DNA of 64,000 nt, from NCBI GenBank assembly GCA_030390025.1, contig CM059447.1:19220001-19284000 (forward strand), read 5' to 3'. This document shows positions 50,455 to 63,493 of the stretch, piece after piece. Within the stretch, counting starts at the first letter, position 1, and each line of letters opens with the position of its first letter. Source of the stretch: Squalus acanthias. Taxonomy: Eukaryota. The notes below the pieces were generated by a model. It made no database searches. It was not told where the DNA came from and saw nothing but the letters and a program-made list of their open reading frames with translations. The translations under genes were made by a program, and so were the position numbers.

Positions 50455-51360
50455 TCTTTGTTGATAAGGCTGTTAAAAAGCATATGGGATCCTTGGCTTT
50501 ATAAATAGAGGGATAGAGTACAAAAGCAAGGAAGTTATGTTAAACCTTTATAAGTCACTGGTTAGGCCTCAGCTGGCGTATTGTGTCCAATTCTGTGCAC
50601 CACATTTTAGGGTGGAAGACCTTGGAGAGGTTGCAGAGGAGATGCACTAGAATGATATTAGGAATGAGAGACTTCAGTTATGTGGAGAGACTAGAGAAGC
50701 TGGGAATCTCCACTTTAGAGCAGAGAAGGTTAAGGGGAGATTTAATAGAGGTGTTCAAAATTCTGAGTAGTTTTGATAGATTAGATAGGGAGAAGGAGGG
50801 TCGGTAACCAGAGGACACAGATTTAAAATAATTGCCAAAAGAACTAGGGGGCAGATGAGCAATGTTCCCTTTAAGCTGCGTGGCCGTGCAGCGGTCTGGA
50901 GGTTCCACGCAGGCCGCTTGCCGGCTTTCCAATGGAAAAACCGCACATGCGCGGAGATTTGAATGGGCCGCGCAGCATGCTAAAGGGGCCGCGCACCCAA
51001 AATAAATTGCAGGGAACATTGGAGATGAGGAGAATTATTTCTTTACACAGTGAGTTGTTATAATCTGGAATGCACTGCCTGAAAGGGTGGTGGAAGCAGA
51101 TTCAACAGTAATTTTCAAAAGGGAATTGGATATACACTTGGTATATCTGACCGTCAGTCGGATCTTTCTCACCTCACTAGCAGCCATACTCCTCACTTCT
51201 TCTGGCTTGAGATCTCGAATTGGACCCAGCCTTGAAAAGGAAAAAAACTGCAGGGCTATGGGAGAAGAGCAGGGAAGTGGGACTAACTGGATAGCTCTTT
51301 CAAAGAGCTGGCACAGGCACCATTGACTGAATGGTCTCCTTCTGTGCTGTATGATTGTAT
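50455..51360 (+). mobile_element. CR1 3' region with two internal insertions
   Basis: SYVERLEKLG..LEQRRLRGDLIEVFKI; (tatgattc)n-type tail. Confidence 0.88.
50860..51021. mobile_element. hAT MITE (162 bp)
   Basis: TIR CAATGTTCCCT/AGGGAACATTG; 8-bp TSD CAGATGAG/GAGATGAG. Confidence 0.88.
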
Positions 51361-52072
51361 AATTCTATAAGTTAACCTTGATGTGGTGCAGAGAGAGGGA
51401 ATACATATCAACCCTATACACTGCTGCAAGGAGGTGTCCATAACAGGCAGTCCTAGAATCCGTAGCATCTGGTTTAAAAGCAAACAATGAACAAGCTGAA
51501 AAATTGCAAAATATGAGCTTCTAATGCTGTCAATGCTTTGCATCTTCCATTAATAAAAGTCTAAAAGCAAACAGTGAAATAAATCATAAATGGGAACAGG
51601 TGCATGGTGGGGAAAAATATACTTCTTTAAGGGGTTCATGAGATCTAGCTGTAAATTTCTCTCACTGAAAAGGTTCACATTCCTACAGTCCAAACTAAAT
51701 TCAAAGAAATAACTTATGAAGATTTATTGTTATGTACATGCTACCATTGATTTCAATAGAAAAGAAAGCACTAACTGTAGGTTGGGTATTTACTTTAACA
51801 AAGCATTGGTATTGTCAAGTTTTGAATGCAATCATTGTTGACGTAATTCATACTAAGGAATGAATTGACTTATGAAGCCCTATGGAGACATTTGAAGGAA
51901 AAAATAAATTTGACAGTCTCAAACTTTGAAACATCCAAATATTTAGAAAGCGTTTTTGTGCATTGGAAAAGATTCAAATCTGCTAGCCACACATAGGTTA
52001 TGTCTTTGCAATTCTAAGTTGGGCTATGCATAGCAACACTACAAACACTTTATTTTTGATTGCATTTACAAT

Positions 52073-53640
52073 GGCCTAGAAATTGCAGTCGGAGGCGTAC
52101 CTCCGGAGCACACCTCCGACCCGTGAAACATTTACGAATTTACTTCCAGGCCACGAAAAGTTGCGGTCTCGGGCCTCCAGGCGGACGGCAGCATAAAGGC
52201 CCACTGGGACACTGGCGGTTCGGAAGCGTCCCAGGGATCACGTGGGCCCAGTCCGCCAATGACAAAGGAGGATTCCATTGCAATCATTTACGAAGGGAAT
52301 CCCCTAATGATAGGCAATGGAATCCCCAAATAATTATACAATGTACAGAATTCTAATAATTATAAATGTTCTGAATTGCAATTTTATTCATAAGTCCGTT
52401 CATTGCACCAACGTCAATAAAAATTTAATTTTTTGATCAATAATTTTAAACATCTTAATCCGGGCCAATATTTGCATAAACTCATTTAACGTGTATGGGC
52501 ATCATTTTGGATTTTTAAATCATAGCGTCAGAGTCATATGGCACAGAAGGAGGCCATTCGGCCCATTGAGTCCGTGCCGGCTCTCTGTAGAACAATCCAG
52601 TCAGTCCCATTCCCCCGCTCTATCCCTGTAGCCCTGCAAGTTTATTTCCCTCAAGTGCCTATCCAGTCTCCCCTTGAAAACATTGAGTGTCTCCGCTTCC
52701 ACCACTTCTGTCAGCAGCGAATTCCAGGTCCTCACCACTCGCTGTGTAAAAAAGTTTATCCTCACGTCCCCCTTGTATCTCTTGCCTCAAACCTTAAATC
52801 TGTGTCCCCTAGTCCTTGTACCATCAACTAGTGGGAACAGCCTTTCCCCGTCTAGCCTATCCAAACCCGTCATAATCTTGTACACCTCTATCAAATCACC
52901 CCTCAACCTCCTTTGCTCTAATGAAAACAAATCCAGCTTCTCCAACCTGTCCTTGTAGCTAAGATCCCCCATCCCCGGAACTATTCTGGTAAATCTCCTC
53001 TGCACCCTCTCAAGGGCCTTCACATCCTTCCTAAAGTGTGGTGACCAGAACTGGACGTAATACTCCAGTTGTGGCCTAACCAGTGCTTTATAAAGGTTCA
53101 GAATAACTTCTCTACTTTTGTACTCAATACCTCTATTTATGAAGCCCAAGATCCCATATGCTTTGCTAACCACTCTCTCAATATGTCCTGCCATCTTCAG
53201 GGACCTATGCACATTAACTCCCAGGTCCCTCTGTCCCTGCACACTCTTTAAAACTGTGCCATTAAGTGTATATTGCCTCTCCCTGTTCCTTCTGCCAAAA
53301 TGCATCACCTCACACTTCTCTGTATTAAATTCCATCTGCCACTTGTCTGCCCATTCTGCTTGCCTTTCTATGTCGTGTTGCAGTCGATTGGTAAAATGTT
53401 TTATTTAAGCCTTATATATACCCTTACGCTGATGAAAGCAGGCCCTGCTGCTTTTACCCAACTCTGCGCCAGCAATAGTCATTTTTCAGGCGGTTCGGAT
53501 GATCTGTCAAGGTGTACCTTGACAGATCGCAAGTTCCAGATTTCGCACATACGGAAATCCGGAACTTCCGGGGCCGTTGAACTGGATTACGATGACGTAC
53601 TCTCACAGTACGCCGTCACGGAGACCGCAATTTCTGCCCC
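52073..53640. mobile_element. PIF/Harbinger MITE containing a nested CR1
   Basis: Imperfect TIR GGCCTAGAAATTGCAGTC vs GGGGCAGAAATTGCGGTC; TSD AAT (52070-52072, 53641-53643). Confidence 0.8.
52520..53385 (-). mobile_element. CR1 3' region (relatively young)
   Basis: Open ORF 52787-53335: FNTEKCEVMHFG...LVRPQLEYYVQFWSP...RRLRGDLIEVYKI. Confidence 0.92.
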
Positions 53641-53813
53641 AATATCACTACACAACGACCAGAACAATTCTACCCCATTGGCAATAGTCTGTTAAATGAT
53701 TCTATTGAAGGAAGCCGAGTAGAGATGAGAACCTCTAAGGACAACCTGGGAGAGAAAGGCTCTACTCATTATAGGATACCTTGTTAAATAATAGCTGGGA
53801 AATAACCATGTAC

Positions 53814-53870
53814 CTGTTCAACCACCACTGGGGCACGGCCACTCACCAAATCCAGCTTCAGAGCCGAAAC
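53814..53870 (-). CDS. CCDC57: CCDC57 short exon (VSALKLDLVSGRAPVVVEQ)
   Basis: ttctttgcag| acceptor, |gtacat donor, 57 nt, phase 0 to 0; continues ...VALGNE in frame. Confidence 0.75.
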
Positions 53871-54279
53871 CTGCAAAGAAGATTCACTTTTTGAGATGAT
53901 ATTTTTTTCTCCCTATCCTTCCAGCACTATTCATAGGTTTCTAGGTGTAAAAGTGGCAGGTAACCTGCTCTCTGGTCCTTCTCAATGGCACTGACAAACC
54001 AAACAAACACGAGATGTGCTGTAGTTCATGGCGACTCCTTAAGGAGATACATCTGACTTGCATCTCCTACCCAAGATTAGCAACTTTCCAAGCGGGGAAC
54101 CGTGCCTCTGGAATTACACCAATAGTAGGTATTAAGTGGACTTGAAGCACTTCTTCCAGAAACAGGAAATGTTGATTTTCTTCCTTGTTGATATTTCAGG
54201 ACTGATTTTAGCAGACCCAAAGAATAAAAGAACTAACTACCCTCTTGGATGGGGAATATTTTGTTTTTTGACCCAAGAC

Positions 54280-55600
54280 AACAATAACTTGCATTTATCT
54301 AGCACCTTTAATGTAGTAAAATGTTCCAAGGCGTTTCACACGAGCGTTATCAAACAAAATTTGATGCCAAGCCACATAAGGAGATATTAGGACAGGTGAC
54401 CAAAAGCTTGGTCAAAGAGGAAGGGCCAGAACTTCGTCTCAGGCGGTGGTGCAAAACAGGCGGTATCGGATCGACCGCCCGTTATACACAGCGCCTGATA
54501 TTCCGTCAATTACAATCAATGGAACTGAACATCAGGCACTGTGTATAACGGGCAGCTGATCCAATACCGCCCGTTTGTGCCACTGCCCGAGACAAATTTG
54601 TAGGCCGTAGGTTTTAAGGAGCATTTTAAAAGGAGGAGAGGGAGGCAGTGGCTTAGGGAGGGAATTCCAGAGCTTAGGGCAGAGGCAGCTGAAGGCACGG
54701 CCACCAATTATGGAGCGATTAAAATCGGGAATGTGCAAGAGGCCAGAATTGGAGGAGCACAGAGATCTCGGAGGGTTGCAGGGCTGGAGGAGGCTACAGT
54801 GATAGGGAGGGCCGAGGCCACGGAGGGATTTGAAAACAAGGATGAGAATTTTTTAATTGAGGCCTTGCCGGACCAGGAGCCAGTGTAGCTTAGCATGCAA
54901 AGGAGTGATGGGTGAATGGGACTTGGTATGAGTTAAGATACGGGCAGCAGAGTTTTGGATGAGTTCAAGTTTATGGAGGGTGGAAGATGGGAGGCTGACC
55001 AGGAGAGCATTAGAATAGTCAAGTCTACAAGTAACAAAGGCATGGATGAGGGTTTCAGCAGCAGATGAGGTGGAAGTAGGTGGTCTTGGTGATGGAGCCG
55101 ACATGTGGACGTAAGCTCAGGGTCAAATAGGATGCCAAGGTTGCGAATGGTCTGGTCCAGCCTCAGACAGTGATCAGGGAGAGGGATGGAGTCGGTGGCT
55201 AAGGAATGGAGTTTGTGGCGGAGACCGAAGACCATGGCTTTGGTTTTCCCAACATTTAATTGGAGGAAATTTCTGCTCATCCAGGACTGGATGTCGGACA
55301 AGTAGCATGACAAATCAGACTGCGGAGGGGTCAGGAGAGATGGTGGTGGGGCAGAGCTGGGTGTCGTCAGCGTAAATGTGGAATCTGACGTCGTGTTTTC
55401 AGATGATGTTGCCGAGGGGCAGCATGCAGATGAGAAATAGGAGGGGGCCAAAGTTAGATCCTTGGGGCACTCCAGAGGTAACGGTGCAGGAGCGGGAAGA
55501 GAAGCCATTGCAGGTGATTCTCTGGCTACGACTCGATAGATAAGAATGGAACCGAGCGCAGTTCCACCCAGCTGGACGACAGAGGAGAGTTGTTGGAGAC
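54280..55600 (-). mobile_element. L2 LINE 3' half
   Basis: SDIQSWMSRNFLQLNVGKT, ETLIHAFVTCRLDYSNALL and GGRAFS motifs. Confidence 0.92.
54423..54606. mobile_element. Palindromic Harbinger-type MITE (184 bp) inside L2
   Basis: Long imperfect inverted arms (gcccgttatacacagcgcctgat / atcaggcactgtgtataacgggc); TSD GAA/GTA; removal restores L2 gtcaaagaggtaggttttaagg. Confidence 0.82.
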
Positions 55601-55672
55601 ACATAATAATAGAAAGAAAAATTAAACATGTTTATTTTGGGGTTTAACCAGAGCTAGGATTTACCCCCTTAC

Positions 55673-55873
55673 CTCATTTCCTAAAGCCACTGTTTCCAAG
55701 TTTTGTTGAAGATTACCCTTAAAATACTCGTCTGCCTCTCTGCGTGCTTCAACCAACTGTAACTCCAGTTCAGCAATTCGCTCATTTAGTCTCAATATTT
55801 CTGCATTAGTTCGCTGTTGCTGGCTGGTTAATTCATATCTCAACTGGTCAATTTCAACCTGCTTCTGACGAGC
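55673..55873 (-). CDS. CCDC57: CCDC57 exon (ARQKQVEIDQLRYEL...EADEYFKGNLQQNLETVALGNE)
   Basis: ttcttcacag| acceptor, |gtaagg donor, 201 nt, phase 0 to 0; VALG motif as in human CCDC57. Confidence 0.9.
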
Positions 55874-56539
55874 CTGTGAAGAAGAAGAAACAGTACAGAA
55901 TTCCACACTTAGAAGTGCAGGTAATATAGGGAAATTTCAGACCTCCATTTCAACTGGCATATGCGAATCAGAGCACTACAAGGTTCCCCTGCAATCTGGT
56001 TTGCAATTGACAGTGAGGAGCATCCTGCATTGCACTGTGGATTACATCTTCATTGAAGAGCAGTTAACAACTGTCGGCAAACATAGTAAACCATGAAGTT
56101 TATATTACCCAGCTCTGCTCACGATACTAATAAGAAATTTAGAGGTTTATGCCAGAGCATAATGTCATCCCATCATTGGAGCACACAGGTGCCCCGTATG
56201 TAAGCAGGTGCTGAACACTCTGCACCAGTTTGTAATTGTGCCCAAGTTATGCAAATCTCTTTGGATGGGAAGTAAGCACGAGTCCCAAACATTTGCTCCA
56301 GAATCCAACATAAAAAGAACCTAAAGGACAAAAAAAAACAAACAAATGAAAATACTGGTATCTGTGAGTATAGGAGCAAAGATACTGGGGTCTATTTTGA
56401 CTATTGGGTGACCGGCCATTCCAGCGGCAGAGTGGCCCCATGATTTTGAGGCTCTGGCCTCATTTACATTCGCCAGGCAAACTGCAGGGCGCTAGACAGG
56501 TGTTGCGACGCAGCTCCCCAGATTTGGCAAAGGCAAAAG

Positions 56540-56945
56540 AAGAGTAAGAGGTGACTTGATTGAAACATATAAGATCCTGAGGGGTCTGGACAGGGTGGAT
56601 GTGGAGAGGATGTTTCCTCTTGTGGGAGAATCTAGAACTAGGGGTCACAGTTTAAAAATAAGGGGTCGCCCATTTCAGACAGAGATGAGGAGAAATCTTT
56701 TCTCACAGAGGGTCGTGAGTCTTTGGAACTCTCTTCCTCAGAGGACGGTGGAAGCAGAGTCTTTGAATATTTTTAAGGCAGAGGTAGATAGATTCTTGAT
56801 AAGCAAGGGGGTGAAAGGTTATCGGGGGTAGGCGGGAATGTGAAGTAATCAGATCAGCTATGATCTTATTGAATGGCGGAGCAGGCTCGAGGGGCCAAGT
56901 GGCCTACTCCTGTCCCTAATTTGTATGTTCGTATGTATGTTCGTA
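56540..56945 (+). mobile_element. CR1 3' end, inside a GC-rich probable MITE (~56386-57250)
   Basis: IETYKILRGLDRVD...RRNLFSQRVVSLWNSLP; (tatgttcg)n tail. Confidence 0.88.
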
Positions 56946-57259
56946 ACGGCCTTAAAATAGGGTCGGGTAGCCTTACTGCCCTGTTAACACCGGTGATGTG
57001 GCCGGTACCATTTTAAAAAGGGCCTACTCTGGGTGCCCAAAGCGCCCACCTGTTTCAGATGAGAGGTTCCATTTAATATGGAAATTGGGCTCCTGTGACG
57101 TAACTAGGACGCCAATTGCCATTTTAGGCAGTGCCGGCTTCGACTAGTTCCACGGGCGATGGAAGAGAAGATGTCCCCCAAAGGTAAGTCTGAGGCTTAC
57201 AAACATAATCTGGGCCGCTGCCGCACTGGGACCATGCCCCCATGACTTACCTTGCTGGC

Positions 57260-57392
57260 GGTGGAGAGAGAGAGACAGAGTTAATGTTTCAGGTCGACAA
57301 CCTTTTGTCTGACCTGAAACGTTAACTCTATTTCTCTCTCCACAGATGCTGCCTGACCTGCTGAATATTTCCAGCATTTTCTGTTTTTATTA
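57260..57392. mobile_element. Penelope-like inverted-repeat terminus
   Basis: gtggagagag..agagttaatgtttcaggtc / gacctgaaacgttaactct..ctctctccac. Confidence 0.65.
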
Positions 57393-58609
57393 ATCATACT
57401 ATGTGTTATTTTTCAATTTATTACAGTTATTTGACGACAGTAAAAACAAAAATGATAATTCATTGCCTAAGGGAATCAAGGGATATAGGGATAGGGTGGG
57501 AAAGTGGAGTTTTGTTAGATCATCAGCCATGATCTTATTGAATGGCGGATCAGGCTTGAGGGGCCATATGGCCTACTCGTGCTCCTATTTCTTACGCCTA
57601 TGTTCCTGCTCACATTCTGTGGTCTTCCATTTTGGAGGAAGTCAGATCAACCAGTGTGTGTAGTCAATATACAAAGACACGCATTGTACCTACCAGTCAA
57701 ATGGTCAGCTTCACACCATTCGGTGGCTTTAGTATGGCTGCAGTGCATGTCATTATTTGGCAATGTGTCAGCTCCCGCTGTTAAACTAAAGCTGATATGT
57801 TGACTTGGGTGGGTCTCAATGGAATCAACTCAGCTTTGGATTTAGTGGCACTAAATGAGATTTCTGTGCCTCATTTATACCATTATAAGTGTAAATGTGG
57901 CATGAAATCCTAGTGTAACATTTCCTACTTTACAATAGTGACTACATTTCAAAAGTACTTAATTGGCTGCAAAAGTGCCTTGGGACATCCTCTATATAAA
58001 GCTCTATATAAATGCAAGTCTTTCTTTCTATAAGTTACCATACAAAGCACAGAATTCCATTGTTCGCAAGCATTATAAAAACAAATGCTCAATGGAAAAT
58101 TAGGTTATGAAGCTTCAATGCAAGAGAACTACAATGTTGGTATCACCATGCATTTAAAACCTTAAAAAAATGTTTCCAATTATTCCCATTCAAATGATTG
58201 GAGCAAAAAATATATGTTTATATAGTCTGGACTTATGGGGTAGAAATCGGACAGCACCCAAAATTGGGCGCTATTCTGGCGGGATGCAGCGACGGCTGTA
58301 GTTTAGCCTGTACAAAGTACTGTAACCTTGTGATAATTTTCATTGTCCAAATTGATAGGAGACCTAGTGGACATTCCAGATATTCTCAAGTAATCAATTT
58401 AATTGTTAAACCTGGGCTACACTAACTCAATATGCTAAGAGAATAACGACTCGGGTTTCAGTTCACGGGTGATTCCGTGCTTATGGAAACAGTTGCCGAG
58501 CTGTTTACACTGTAAAGAGATTAAAATCTGTGAAAACAAAGCAAGAATGGTTTATAATGTCACCTCAACTCTAAGATGTGTTTTTGCCATAGAACACACT
58601 CCAGTTCTC

Positions 58610-58980
58610 CCACAATGGCTCAGCAAGTTTATCCAGTGACATCTGTGTCATACAGGCTCGGAAAGTTCCAAATTCAATTCCTGGTCTGTGCTGAGTTAGA
58701 TGATCTCAGCCAGGCTGCACCTGACCTCAGTGTCCTCTGGTTTGGGGAAGGAGAAATAAATCAGCCAGAGTTCCTGATCGTGATCATTATAGTGACCCTG
58801 CTGGAAATGCACGTGAGTGAGCGTCAAATAAGGAGGATCAGGCTCGGATGTAATGCCCCTGCGATTGAATAGCCTGCCAACATTCATCAAGACTCACATA
58901 TGAATATTGGCCACTTGCCCTTGGAACTATATCCCAGGAAGTAGTTGACACCTGCTGGAGAGGAGGGGAGAAAAAAAATC
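58610..58980 (+). mobile_element. SINE family 'B' copy
   Basis: tggctcag head, ctgtgctgagttagatgatctcagcc, aatcagccagagttcctgatc, gaatagcctgcc, ggagaggaggggagaaaa tail. Confidence 0.65.
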
Positions 58981-59189
58981 AACCTCACCCCAGAGTGTGT
59001 TAATCTAAATAATACATAGGGACTTTGATTTTCTGTCACAAAAGATAGCAAGCAAGATAGTGATCAATACATATGATTTTGTAGGAAGCGATATTGGGAA
59101 TATTTAACTGATTAACACGGGGGAATATCATAACATCCATATATTCCAAACCAATGATTCAAATATATATGAAGTAAGCTTAACCAACT

Positions 59190-59580
59190 GGCGTCAGCCT
59201 TGGCTTAGTGGTGGTTCTCACCACTGAGTCAGAAGTTTGAGAGTTCAAGCCCCACTCAAGAGCATTAAGCACATAATCTAGGATGACACTCAGTGCAGTA
59301 ATGAGGGAGCAGATGAGATTTTAAACCAAGGTCCTATCCACCCTTTCAGGTGGACGTTCTCCTGGTGTCATGGTCAACATTTATTCCTTGACCAACATAA
59401 ATTATCTGATCATTTATCTTATTGCTTATTCTGGCACCTTGCTGTGTGCAAATTGGATGTTGCATTTCCCTACATTACAACAGTGATTACACAACAAATT
59501 TACTTCACTGACTGCGAAGCGCTTTGGGATATCCTTGGGTCATGAAAGGCACTATATAAATGCAAGTTCTTTCTTCCTTT
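59190..59580 (+). mobile_element. Diverged Deu-domain SINE
   Basis: tggcttagtgg..gttcaagcccc A/B boxes; gcactatataaatgcaagttctttc tail. Confidence 0.8.
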
Positions 59581-59624
59581 TCTTTAATGGTAAATGGCTC
59601 TGTATAGATTTTCACTGGATGAAT

Positions 59625-61690
59625 CATAGAAGATAGGAGCAGGAGTAGGCCATTCGGCCCCTCTAGCCTGCTCCGCCATTCAATGCGATCATGGCTGATC
59701 ATCCAAATTCAGTACCCTGTCCCTGCTTTCTCCCCATATTCCTTGATCCCTTTAGCCTTAACAAATATATCCAACTCCTTCTTGAATCTATTTAATGAAT
59801 TGGCCTCTACTGCCTTCTGTGGCAGAGAATTCCACAGGTTCACCACTCTCTGGGTGAAGAAATTCCTCCTAATTTCTGTCCTAAATGGCTGACCCCTTAT
59901 CCTTAGACTGTGACCCCTGGTTCTGGACTCCCCGACCATCGGTACATCCTTCCTGCATCTAGTTTGTCCTGTCCTGTCAGAATTTTATAAGTTTCAATGA
60001 GATCCCCTCTCATTCTTCTAAACTCCAGCGAGTATAAGCCCAATCGACCCAATCTTTCTTCATACGTCATTCCTGCCATCCCAGGTATCAGCCTTGTGAA
60101 TCTTCGCTGAACTCCTTCCATGGCAAGAACATCCTTCCTCAGATAAGGCGACCAAAACTGCACACAGTACTCAAGGTGTGGTCTCACCAAGGCCCTGTAC
60201 AACTGCGGCAAGACATCCTTGTTGCTGTACTCAAACCCTCTCGCTATGAAGGCCAACATACCATTTGCCTTCTTAACCGTCTGCTGAACCTGCATGCTTA
60301 CCTTCAGCGACTGGTGCACAAGGACACCCAGGTCTCGTTGCACTTCCCCTTCTCCCAATCTATTGCCATTCAGATAATAATCTGCCTTTCTGTTTTTGTC
60401 ACCAAAGTAGATAACCTCGCATTTATCCACGTTATATTGCATCTGCCACACTTCTGCCCAATCACCCAACCTGTACAAATCATCCTGGAGTTTCTCGGCA
60501 TCCTCCTCGCATCACACACGCCCACCCAGTTTTGTGTCGTCTGCAAACTTGGAGATATTACATCTAGTTCCCTTGTCTAGATCATTAATATATATTGTGA
60601 ATAGCTGGGGTCCAAGGACTGATCCCTGCGGTACCCCACTAGTCACTGCCTGCCACTCGGAAAAAGACCCATTTATTCCAACTCTTTGCTTTCTGTCTGC
60701 CAACCAGTTCTCTATCCAAGTCAATACCTTGCCCCCAACCCCATGTACCTTAACTTTACACGCTAATCTCTTATGCGGGACCTTATCAAAAGCCTTTTGG
60801 AAGTCCAAATACACCACATCCACTGGTTATCCCTTATCTATTTTACCAGTTACATCCTCAAAAAATTCCAGTAGATTAGTCAAGCATGATTTACCTTTTG
60901 TAAATCCATGTTGACTTTGTCCGATACTGTCACTGTTTTCCAAGTGCTCAGCTATTACATCTTTTATAATGGACTCTAGCATTTTCCCCACTACCGATGT
61001 CAGGCTTACCGGTCTGTAATTCCCCGTTTTCTCTCTACCACCCTTTTTGAATAGTGGGGTAACATTAGCTACCCTCCAATCCATGGGTACTGTTCCAGAT
61101 TCCATCAAATGTTGGAAGATGATCAGCAATGCATCTACTATTTCTAGGGCCACTTCCTTAAGTACCCTAGGATGTAGATTATTAGGCCCTGGGGGTTTAT
61201 CGGCCTTCAATCCCTTCAATTTCCCTAACACCATTTCCCTACAAATACTGATTTCTTTCAGTTCCTCCCTTTCATCAGACCCGATGTTCCCCAACATCTC
61301 TGGGAGGTTATTTGTGTCCTCCTTTGTGAAGACAGAACCAAAATATGTATTTAATTGGTCTGACATTTCTTTGTTCCCCATTATAAGTTCCCCTGATTCT
61401 GACTGCAAGGGACCTATGCTTGATTTCACTAATCTTTTTCTCTTCACATATCTATAAAAGCTTTTACAGTCAGTTTTTATGTTCCCTGCAAGCTTACTCT
61501 CGTATTCTATTTTCCCCTTCTTAATTAATCCCTTTGTCCTCCTTTGTTGAATCTTAAACTGCTCCCAATCCTCAGGGTTACTGCTTTTTCTGGCCAATTT
61601 ATATGCCCTCTCCTTGGATCTTATGCTATCCCTAATTTCCCTTGTTAGCCACGGTTGAGTCACCCTTTTTGTTTTATTCTTATGCCAAAC
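59625..61690 (-). mobile_element. CR1 LINE ORF2 (RT), 5'-truncated, few disablements
   Basis: [50 protein letters not shown] and LVRPHLEYCVQFW. Confidence 0.95.
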
Positions 61691-62056
61691 TTAAAAGTTA
61701 TGTTAAAAGAATGTTATGGAGGGGTATAGTCAACATTAAGTATTCTCCTCTTTCAGTTATTCAGTAATTTCAATAATCTCCTATTTGATAGCAGAAATCT
61801 GTTTTTTTAATTTCCCTTCCTGCAATCTTGTGAAGATGCAAGCGGTCTGGAACTGACTGAATGAATTGGGCTTCGACAACAAGTAGTTATACTGAATCAG
61901 CAAGAATGGGCATCCTTTTCATTCCAGGCTAGTGATTCAGAGCTGCTAGTCATTTTAAAACCATGGTCTGGCAGATGGGGAGATCTGTGCATTTGTTTGG
62001 AGATAGTTTCACTGTATGATTGCATATGAATTATCCAGCTTTTTGCAGAACATTAC

Positions 62057-62157
62057 CTGTTGTGTGAGCTGTGTTACCATAGAGTCTAAATGCACAATCC
62101 TGGCTTCATGCTTCTTTGCAGTAGCAGCTGCCGAGACCTTTTCAGTGCGAAGGCCAC
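62057..62157 (-). CDS. CCDC57: CCDC57 exon (GGLRTEKVSAAATAKKHEARIVHLDSMVTQLTQQ)
   Basis: ccttactattag| acceptor, |gtaatg donor, 101 nt, phase 1 to 0. Confidence 0.88.
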
Positions 62158-62718
62158 CTAATAGTAAGGAAAGGAAGTGATAGATGAATAAAACACTCCG
62201 CAGTACAGAAAGAAACATTACAATGTTTTTAAGGCACATTTAACACAGTCAACGTGTTCTGATCTCTTAGCAAAAGGTTATGGCCTCAAGCTCCACATTG
62301 GAGAATTTGAGCTTGTATCACTATGAATACTCCAATAAGGGCTGTATGAATGTGGAATGCCATAGATTCAAAATCAATTGAGGTGTTTAAAAAAAAAAGT
62401 TAGATACTTACTTTAGAAGTAAGGATTTTAAGTATATGAAGAAAGGGCAAAGAATTGGGTTAATAGTGATAGTGGTAATAATGGTAGAAACAATTTGTGG
62501 TAATGAATTAAGAATGTCACATAACATTATGAAGATTGGCTTAACTGTGGTTTTCCTTTAAAAAGTTCAGTACCAATACACTAAATAAGGCTGCTGGAAA
62601 ATGGATATATATTGTGTGGATTAGAGGGTCTTTGTCACTTATGAAATTTTAAAAATTGTATCATCTATGATTCTATATGTTCCAAAAAACAGTTTTCCCC
62701 ATAATATAGCATTCTCAC

Positions 62719-62901
62719 CTATAGTCTCATTTAAAGTACGGATGTGGTTCTGGAGGTAAGCATTGTCTGCAGTAACAGGGAGGCCTGGAAGGGAAGCCTT
62801 GATCTTACTGGAAGCTTTTGAAATGTCCTCTAGTTGTTCTTCCAACTTTCTGCACTTCTGTTTCAGTTCATAAACCTCGTTTTCCAAAGATTTAACATAC
62901 T
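62719..62901 (-). CDS. CCDC57: CCDC57 exon (YVKSLENEVYELKQKCRKLEEQLED...NHIRTLNETI)
   Basis: catttccag| acceptor, |gtgaga donor, 183 nt, phase 1 to 1; corresponds to human DYVLALEAEIRTLKHKFKTLEKHLED. Confidence 0.9.
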
Positions 62902-63279
62902 CTGGAAATGTACAGAAACAGTATTGCACTAATTTCAATCTGAAGTACATAGTAACTCTTCTTTCAAAAGAATATTGCATCAGTTTGTTCACATTGATGT
63001 ACACTTGGGGCAAAAGTAGAAAATGTACCTCAACAAGGTGCTACTGGTTGAGCGAACATAGAGCGAGCTAGCATGAGATGCCAGTGGGCACGATTCCTGA
63101 CACAACCTGCGATTTTAGGCAACTGCTCTTTCCAACCTATTATGTGTAACAGAATTCTACACTAACTGCTATCAAATCCATTTTGATTTTATTAAGTGGA
63201 ACAGTAAAATCAGATTGACATAGGAAGTTATCTTGAACCACAATGAATGACTTAATGAAAAGCCGATAAAATCACATCA

Positions 63280-63400
63280 TAGAATAGAATAGAATCATAC
63301 AGCACAGAAAGAGGCCACTCGGCCCATCGTGCCTATTCCGGCTCTTTGAAAGAGCTATCCAATTAGTCCCGCTCCCCCTGCTCTTTCCCCATAGTCCTAT
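63280..63400 (-). mobile_element. CR1 3' UTR fragment
   Basis: (agaat)n tail and cagcacagaaagaggccactcggcccatc. Confidence 0.75.
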
Positions 63401-63493
63401 TAAATATAAATCATCCAGACTGGCTGAATTTGTGGATCAAAGCAATGCAACGGCTTCAGGGCTTCATATCACCTCTCCGCCCCCCACCTCCGC

